Assembly (NCBI GenBank): GCA_963745075.1
Contig: CAVUWV010000014.1
Coordinates: 1 to 64,000, forward strand
Direction of reading: 5' to 3'
Source: Candidatus Hydrogenedentota bacterium
GTDB taxonomy: Bacteria > Hydrogenedentota > Hydrogenedentia > Hydrogenedentales > SLHB01
DNA length: 64,000 nucleotides
Shown here: positions 58,845 to 64,000 of the stretch, piece after piece
How positions within the stretch are numbered: position 1 is the stretch's first letter
Layout: each line of letters begins with the position of its first letter
Made by a program: the position numbers and the translations under genes
Notes under the pieces: model-generated
The model's database searches: none
What the model saw: only the letters and a program-made list of their open reading frames with translations
What the model was told of the DNA's origin: nothing

Positions 58845-61800
58845 ACTTCTCGGCCCTGTTTATTCGCCGCCCCGTGATGACCACGTTGCTCATGCTGGCC
58901 ATCGTGCTCTTGGGTGTGCGCGGATACATGGCCTTGCCGGTCAGCGACCTTCCGAACGTGGACTTTCCTACCATCAGCGTTTCCGCGGTGCTGCCGGGGG
59001 CCAACCCGGAAACCATGGCATCGTCGGTGGCCACTCCCCTCGAACGGCAATTCTCGACCATTGCCGGCCTGGACTCGATGACGTCCGTAAGCGTGTTGGG
59101 CGGATGCGATATCACGTTGCAGTTTTCGTTGGATGTCCAAATCGATGCGGCCGCACAGGAAGTGCAGGCGGCCATCGCCCGGGCCAGCCGCCAATTACCT
59201 GAAGACATGCCGAGTCCCCCCACGTACCGGCGTGTGAACCCCGCCGACTCGCCCGTCATTTACATTGCGCTCACGTCACCCGTACTTCCGCTGTCAGTTG
59301 TGGATGAGTTTGCGGACACGTATCTCGCCCAACGCATCTCGACGCTCAACGGCGTCGCGCAGGTGAATATCTATGGCTCGCAAAAGTACGCGGTCCGCGC
59401 ATTGCTCGACCCGCGCGCCCTCGCGTCGCGCAAGATCGGGATCGACGAGGCTGTCGACGCCATTCAGGCGGGCAACGTCAACCTGCCGACCGGGGACCTT
59501 CAAGGAACGCATCAGGCGTTCACCTTACAGGCCACGGGACAGCTTCAGACTGCAAAGGCCTACGAGCCCATCATCGTGGCATGGCGCAACGGTTCGCCGG
59601 TTCGTCTTCGGGATTTGGGAACCGTCGTCGATAGTGTGGAAAACGACAAGGCCGCAAGTTGGTACAATAACGTGCGGGCCATCGTGCTTGCCGTTCAGCG
59701 GCAGCCGGGCACCAACACCATCCAGGTCGTCGATTCCATCAAAAAGCTCCTGCCGACGTTTCGCGACCAACTCCCGGCGTCCGTCACGATGGAAATCCTG
59801 TTTGACCGCTCCGAATCGATACGCAATTCGGTGAACGAGGTGAAGTTCACGTTCCTGCTCACCATCGTCCTCGTGATACTCGTTATCTTCCTATTTTTGC
59901 GAAACGTGACTGCAACGATTATCCCCAGCTTGGCGCTCATTCTGTCCGTTATCGGCACCTTCGCCGTCATGAATGCGTTCGGATACAGCCTTGACAACCT
60001 CTCTTTGATGGCCCTGACGTTATCGGTGGGCTTCGTGGTGGACGACGCGATCGTCATGATCGAGAATATCGTTCGCCACATGGAAAACGGTGAAACCACC
60101 ATGGAGGCAGCCCACCGCGGATCGCGCGAAATCGGTTTTACGATCGTCTCCATGACGTTGTCGCTGTCGGCGGTCTTCATTCCCGTCTTGTTTATGGGCG
60201 GCATCATCGGGCGGCTGCTGCACGAGTTTGCGGTTACCATCAGCATGGCGATCCTGATTTCCGGATTCATCTCGCTGACGCAAACGCCCATGTTGTGCAG
60301 CCGGTTCTTGCGTCACTACGAACAAGAGCGGCACGGCGCGCTCTACAACGTGCTTGAACGCATTCTCCACGGCATGTTGCGGGTGTACGAAGTCACATTA
60401 CGCGGCGTCATGCGGCACCGATTAGTGACGATGCTGGCGCTCATACCGCTTATCGCGATCACCGGCTACCTGTTCTACTCCATGCCCAAAGGCTTTCTCC
60501 CGAGCGAAGACACGGGGCAGGTATTTGCCGTGACTGAAGCGGCCCAGGGAATCTCGTTTCAGGACATGGTGCGGCACCAGAAGGCGGCGGCAGCCGTTGT
60601 TGCCGCGGATTCCAACGTGGCCGGATTCATGTCCGCAGTAGGGTCGGGAGGCTCCTCGCGATCCGGAAATGAAGGACGCCTCTTCATGCACCTGAAACCC
60701 CGGGACGAACGCATCGGAGTGGACGATTTCATTCAGGAAATGCGCGCGAAACTGAGCAAACTTCCCGGGATACGCGTCTTCATGCAGAACCGCCCCTCCA
60801 TCACCATCGGCGGCCACCTCACGAAGAGCCAGTACCAATTCACGTTGCAGGGCACCGATATCAGCGAACTCTACCATTACGCGCCAATCCTTGAAGCCGC
60901 TATGGAGAAGATTCCCGGCTTTCAGGACGTGACGTCGGACCTTCAGATTACGAACCCGCAGGTGGACGTCACGATCGACCGCGACAAAGCGTCTGCGCTG
61001 AATGTGTCGGCGCGCAAAATCGAGGAGGCTTTATATACCGCGTACGGTTCGCGCCAAGTCTCCACGATCTACGGGTCGAACAATACGTACCGCGTCATCG
61101 TGGAATTGCAGCCCCAGTATGAACTGGACCCGAAGACGCTGTCCATGCTGTACGTGCGGTCGGATACGAACCAGTTGGTGCCTTTGAACACCGTAGCAGA
61201 AATCAAGCGATCGGTCGGTCCGTTGACCGTGACGCACGTGGGCCAGTTACCGGCCGTCACCGTCTCCTTCAACCTGGAACCCGGGTATTCACTGGGCTAC
61301 GCGGTCGATCGCGTCAACGAGGCGGCGCGCAAACTGCTCCCTCAGACCATCATGCCCAGCTTCCAGGGGACCGCCCAAGCGTTCGAGTCCTCGATGCGTG
61401 GGATGGGCTTTCTCTTGTTGGGTGCGGTGCTCGTTATTTACATCATTCTCGGCGTCTTGTACGAAAGCTACATTCACCCCATCACCATCCTTTCCGGTTT
61501 GCCCGCCGCGGGGGTCGGGGCGCTCTTGACGCTAAAGGTCTTCGGGATGGACCTGAACATTTTCTCGCTCGTCGGCATCATCATGCTCGTCGGCATCGTG
61601 AAAAAGAATTCGATCATGATGGTCGACTTCGCCATCGAGGCTCAGGCCAAAACGAACGCCCCGGCGGCCGAAGCAATTGTCGAAGCCTGCCTCATCCGTT
61701 TCCGCCCCATCATGATGACGACCATGGCCGCCCTCATGGGCACGCTTCCCATCGCCCTTGGTGTGGGTGCGGGCTCCGAGTCACGTCGTCCCCTGGGTCT

Positions 61801-61942
61801 CGCCGTCGTGGGCGGTCTGATCTTTTCCCAGCTACTGACCCTCTACATCACACCGGTCTTCTACGTGTACATGGAATCCTTCCGCGGCCTGTTCCACCGC
61901 AAAAAGCCCGGCCGCCAATCGGAAACAGTCCCCGCAAAGTGA
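58841..61942 (+). CDS. RND efflux permease (MdtB/MdtC-like)
   Basis: FIRRPVMTTL, LPVSDLPNVDFPTI, GFVVDDAIVMIENI, GIVKKNSIMMVDFA, RFRPIMMTT. Confidence 0.96.
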   Translation: MNFSALFIRRPVMTTLLMLAIVLLGVRGYMALPVSDLPNVDFPTISVSAVLPGANPETMASSVATPLERQFSTIAGLDSMTSVSVLGGCDITLQFSLDVQIDAAAQEVQAAIARASRQLPEDMPSPPTYRRVNPADSPVIYIALTSPVLPLSVVDEFADTYLAQRISTLNGVAQVNIYGSQKYAVRALLDPRALASRKIGIDEAVDAIQAGNVNLPTGDLQGTHQAFTLQATGQLQTAKAYEPIIVAWRNGSPVRLRDLGTVVDSVENDKAASWYNNVRAIVLAVQRQPGTNTIQVVDSIKKLLPTFRDQLPASVTMEILFDRSESIRNSVNEVKFTFLLTIVLVILVIFLFLRNVTATIIPSLALILSVIGTFAVMNAFGYSLDNLSLMALTLSVGFVVDDAIVMIENIVRHMENGETTMEAAHRGSREIGFTIVSMTLSLSAVFIPVLFMGGIIGRLLHEFAVTISMAILISGFISLTQTPMLCSRFLRHYEQERHGALYNVLERILHGMLRVYEVTLRGVMRHRLVTMLALIPLIAITGYLFYSMPKGFLPSEDTGQVFAVTEAAQGISFQDMVRHQKAAAAVVAADSNVAGFMSAVGSGGSSRSGNEGRLFMHLKPRDERIGVDDFIQEMRAKLSKLPGIRVFMQNRPSITIGGHLTKSQYQFTLQGTDISELYHYAPILEAAMEKIPGFQDVTSDLQITNPQVDVTIDRDKASALNVSARKIEEALYTAYGSRQVSTIYGSNNTYRVIVELQPQYELDPKTLSMLYVRSDTNQLVPLNTVAEIKRSVGPLTVTHVGQLPAVTVSFNLEPGYSLGYAVDRVNEAARKLLPQTIMPSFQGTAQAFESSMRGMGFLLLGAVLVIYIILGVLYESYIHPITILSGLPAAGVGALLTLKVFGMDLNIFSLVGIIMLVGIVKKNSIMMVDFAIEAQAKTNAPAAEAIVEACLIRFRPIMMTTMAALMGTLPIALGVGAGSESRRPLGLAVVGGLIFSQLLTLYITPVFYVYMESFRGLFHRKKPGRQSETVPAK

Positions 61943-62250
61943 CGGCATCCCACCGCACGGTTGCGGTCTGGTTCGGACTTGTCAAGGGCGTCGGCCAATG
62001 AGTTGAGATCCATACAGGATATGGAGACCTACACGCGAATTGAGATTGATAAGAAAGAACGAAGTGTGCGTGAGCGTAATGCGGGCTACTGGGCGCGGGA
62101 TTCGGTCGAGTGATTCTTACCCCACGGGAGACAGCAGCGAAAGAAAACTTAGAATTTGCTGGATCAACTGGATTAGCTGCAAAAGCTGACTTAAACTTTG
62201 TAACAAGCCGAAGATCGTGGGCATATGATGGTCTCCTTTAGTTGGCCGCT

Positions 62251-62272
62251 CAAGTCACATACAAGTCGCATA
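62251..62272 (+). repeat. Putative integrase arm-type sites, left pair
   Basis: 11-bp tandem CAAGTCACATA / CAAGTCGCATA. Confidence 0.6.
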
Positions 62273-62287
62273 CATTTCTAAAATAGT

Positions 62288-62322
62288 ACAGCGACTTACA
62301 GGTAATTTCTGTAAGTCGCTGT
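62288..62322. repeat. Perfect 14-bp inverted repeat just 3' of the tRNA fragment
   Basis: ACAGCGACTTACAG-gtaattt-CTGTAAGTCGCTGT. Confidence 0.75.
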
Positions 62323-62338
62323 TATCATTTAACTTAAA

Positions 62339-62385
62339 TGGTCGGGGTGAGAGGATTTGAACCTCCGGCCTCTTCGTCCCGAACG
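62339..62385 (-). mobile_element. att core: 3' half of tRNA-Pro(CGG), not a complete tRNA
   Basis: Minus strand CGTTCGGGACGAAGAGGCCGGAGGTTCAAATCCTCTCACCCCGACCA = anticodon loop, T-arm (GGTTCAAATCC) and acceptor 3' strand with CCA; no 5' half upstream; 180 bp from the integrase start. Confidence 0.85.
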
Positions 62386-62515
62386 GATTTTTGCCGTGTA
62401 ACGCGGTAGATTCTAATCCGGCCTTTCGAGGCAAATACCCCACAAAACCCCTGTAAACATTGGCTATCCGAAATTCATGCTTTTCTTTCGTCTTACACCG
62501 TGATACAATGCCGTT

Positions 62516-62537
62516 GGGTCACATACGGGTCACAAAA
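62516..62537 (+). repeat. Putative integrase arm-type sites, right pair
   Basis: 11-bp tandem GGGTCACATAC / GGGTCACAAAA sharing the GTCACA core with the left pair. Confidence 0.6.
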
Positions 62538-62565
62538 GCGCACGCGCGATAGGGGAGCGATACAG

Positions 62566-63834
62566 ATGAAGGGAAAGTTGACGGCAAAGGACATGCCGAA
62601 GTACAAACCCCAGGCGGAACCCTTCGAGGTGAACGATACAGAGCTGAAAGGATTTTGCCTTCGCGTCATGCCGACCGGGGGGGCCACCTACTATTATCGC
62701 TATCGACTCCCGAACGGTACGCGGGGCCGTGTGAAGATTGGAAGCGCGGCGGCGCTGACACCGGCGGAAGCACGCGCGGAAGCCGTCCAGAAAGCCGCAG
62801 ACGCAGCAAAGGGCATCGACCCCGGCCTAGACCGTAAGAAAGCCGCACCGTTGACGCTGGGGGCCTTCGTGGAGGATGAATACGATCCCCTGTGGCTACG
62901 CTCGAAGCGAACCGGCGCGGCTACGCTCCGAAACATGAAATCGGCATTCGCAAGCCTTTGGAACCTTCCCTTGCAGGAAGTCACACCGGGCCGTGTAGAG
63001 AAATGGCGAGCGGCCATGATAGCGGGCGGCGCGAAGCCTACCACGGCAAACCGCTACCTTGACGATCTGCGGTCCTGTCTGTCCCGCGCGGTTGAGTGGG
63101 ATCGCGTACCGTCGCATCCTATCGCCAAAACCAAGCGGCTGAAATTCGACCGGGCACCCAAAGTGCGATATCTGGACACCGACGAGGAAAAGGCACTGCT
63201 AAAGGCGCTGGACACCCGCGAGGAAGAAATGCGGAAACGGCGGACAACCTACAACAAGTGGCGGCTAGAACGTCACTATGTCGAATTGACGGACTTGCGC
63301 AAGCTGGCCTATGCCGACTACCTGAAACCCATGGTTATCGTGTCCATGAATACCGGCCTCCGGCGCGGCGAAGTGTTCAACCTGCGATGGGAAGATGTTG
63401 ACCTTGACGGGGGCACGTTGACGGTATCGGGCCACGGGGCGAAGTCAGGACAGACGCGGCATGTCCCGCTGAATTCGATTGCACGGGCCACGCTCGAAAC
63501 GTGGAAGGATCAAGTACCTCCGCATGGCTACGTGTTCGCCAGTGCGAACGGGGGCCGTCTGGATAACGTCAAAACCTCATGGGAAGGGCTGATAGAGAAG
63601 TCGGGGATCAAGAATTTCCGCTGGCATGACCTCCGGCACCATTTCGCGTCAAGGCTGGTTATGGCGGGCGTGGACTTGAACACCGTGCGGGAACTGTTAG
63701 GGCACTCCGATTTGACCATGACGTTGCGGTACGCGCACTTGGCACCGGAGCACAAGTCCGAAGCCGTTGAACGAATCGCGGAACCACGGGACGCGAAAGT
63801 TGTGCGATTCCCGAGGAAGAAATGCAGCAAGTGA
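62566..63834 (+). CDS. Tyrosine integrase with N-terminal arm-binding domain; start of a tRNA-Pro-targeted integrative element
   Basis: DTELKGFCLRV…YYYRYR arm-binding domain, TANRYL, catalytic TGLRRGE, GAKSG, HDLRH, LGHS, RYAH; RBS GGGGAG. Confidence 0.93.
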   Translation: MKGKLTAKDMPKYKPQAEPFEVNDTELKGFCLRVMPTGGATYYYRYRLPNGTRGRVKIGSAAALTPAEARAEAVQKAADAAKGIDPGLDRKKAAPLTLGAFVEDEYDPLWLRSKRTGAATLRNMKSAFASLWNLPLQEVTPGRVEKWRAAMIAGGAKPTTANRYLDDLRSCLSRAVEWDRVPSHPIAKTKRLKFDRAPKVRYLDTDEEKALLKALDTREEEMRKRRTTYNKWRLERHYVELTDLRKLAYADYLKPMVIVSMNTGLRRGEVFNLRWEDVDLDGGTLTVSGHGAKSGQTRHVPLNSIARATLETWKDQVPPHGYVFASANGGRLDNVKTSWEGLIEKSGIKNFRWHDLRHHFASRLVMAGVDLNTVRELLGHSDLTMTLRYAHLAPEHKSEAVERIAEPRDAKVVRFPRKKCSK

Positions 63835-64000
63835 ATTTGAATGCGGAGGATTGGGTATTCTCCAATTCCGGGGACTAGGTTCGCTACCGAAAACCGCGAC
63901 CTTGGCGGCTGTCCCCGGATTCATCACAAGGGCGATTAAAGGAATCGCATCATGCCGAAGAAATCCGATCCCGTCGAAACATGGCTTGCCGAAGTCCATA

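Noticed and set aside
62339..62385. Complete tRNA-Pro gene
   Set aside because: Similarity stops at the anticodon loop; no D-arm or 5' acceptor strand is present, so it is an att fragment

Overview
GC-rich bacterial chromosome segment. The gene style (secreted glycoside hydrolases, WD40 Ser/Thr kinase, Tat-exported Gfo/Idh/MocA, pilin-like cargo, REP-like palindromes) suggests Ca. Hydrogenedentes or a PVC-like organism; this is inference only. Many genes in the first ~45 kb, especially 0-8 kb, carry small frameshifts that look like long-read errors. Contents, left to right: a radical SAM/SPASM gene plus two B12-radical SAM genes; an acidic disordered membrane/coiled-coil protein with a near-consensus sigma70 promoter; a lipoprotein pair-TMTC-like GT-C-RbsD/FucU run; a REC-degenerate GGDEF protein; a six-gene envelope cluster (TolB-like, two paralogous unknown exported proteins, FGE-fold lipoprotein, MBOAT, SGNH); GH78; a kinase-WD40 protein; NrpR divergent from a HydC/HydB/short HydA-like Fe-S module and a stand-alone FMN glutamate-synthase domain, with candidate GGCA-N6-TGCC operators; a toxin-antitoxin/REP-rich patch; sugar enzymes; an RND efflux system; and a tRNA-Pro(CGG) 3' fragment with arm-type repeats on both sides next to a tyrosine integrase. 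The best candidates for undescribed systems are the NrpR-controlled bifurcating-type glutamate synthase module and the MBOAT/SGNH/FGE-fold operon. No CRISPR array or rRNA was seen.
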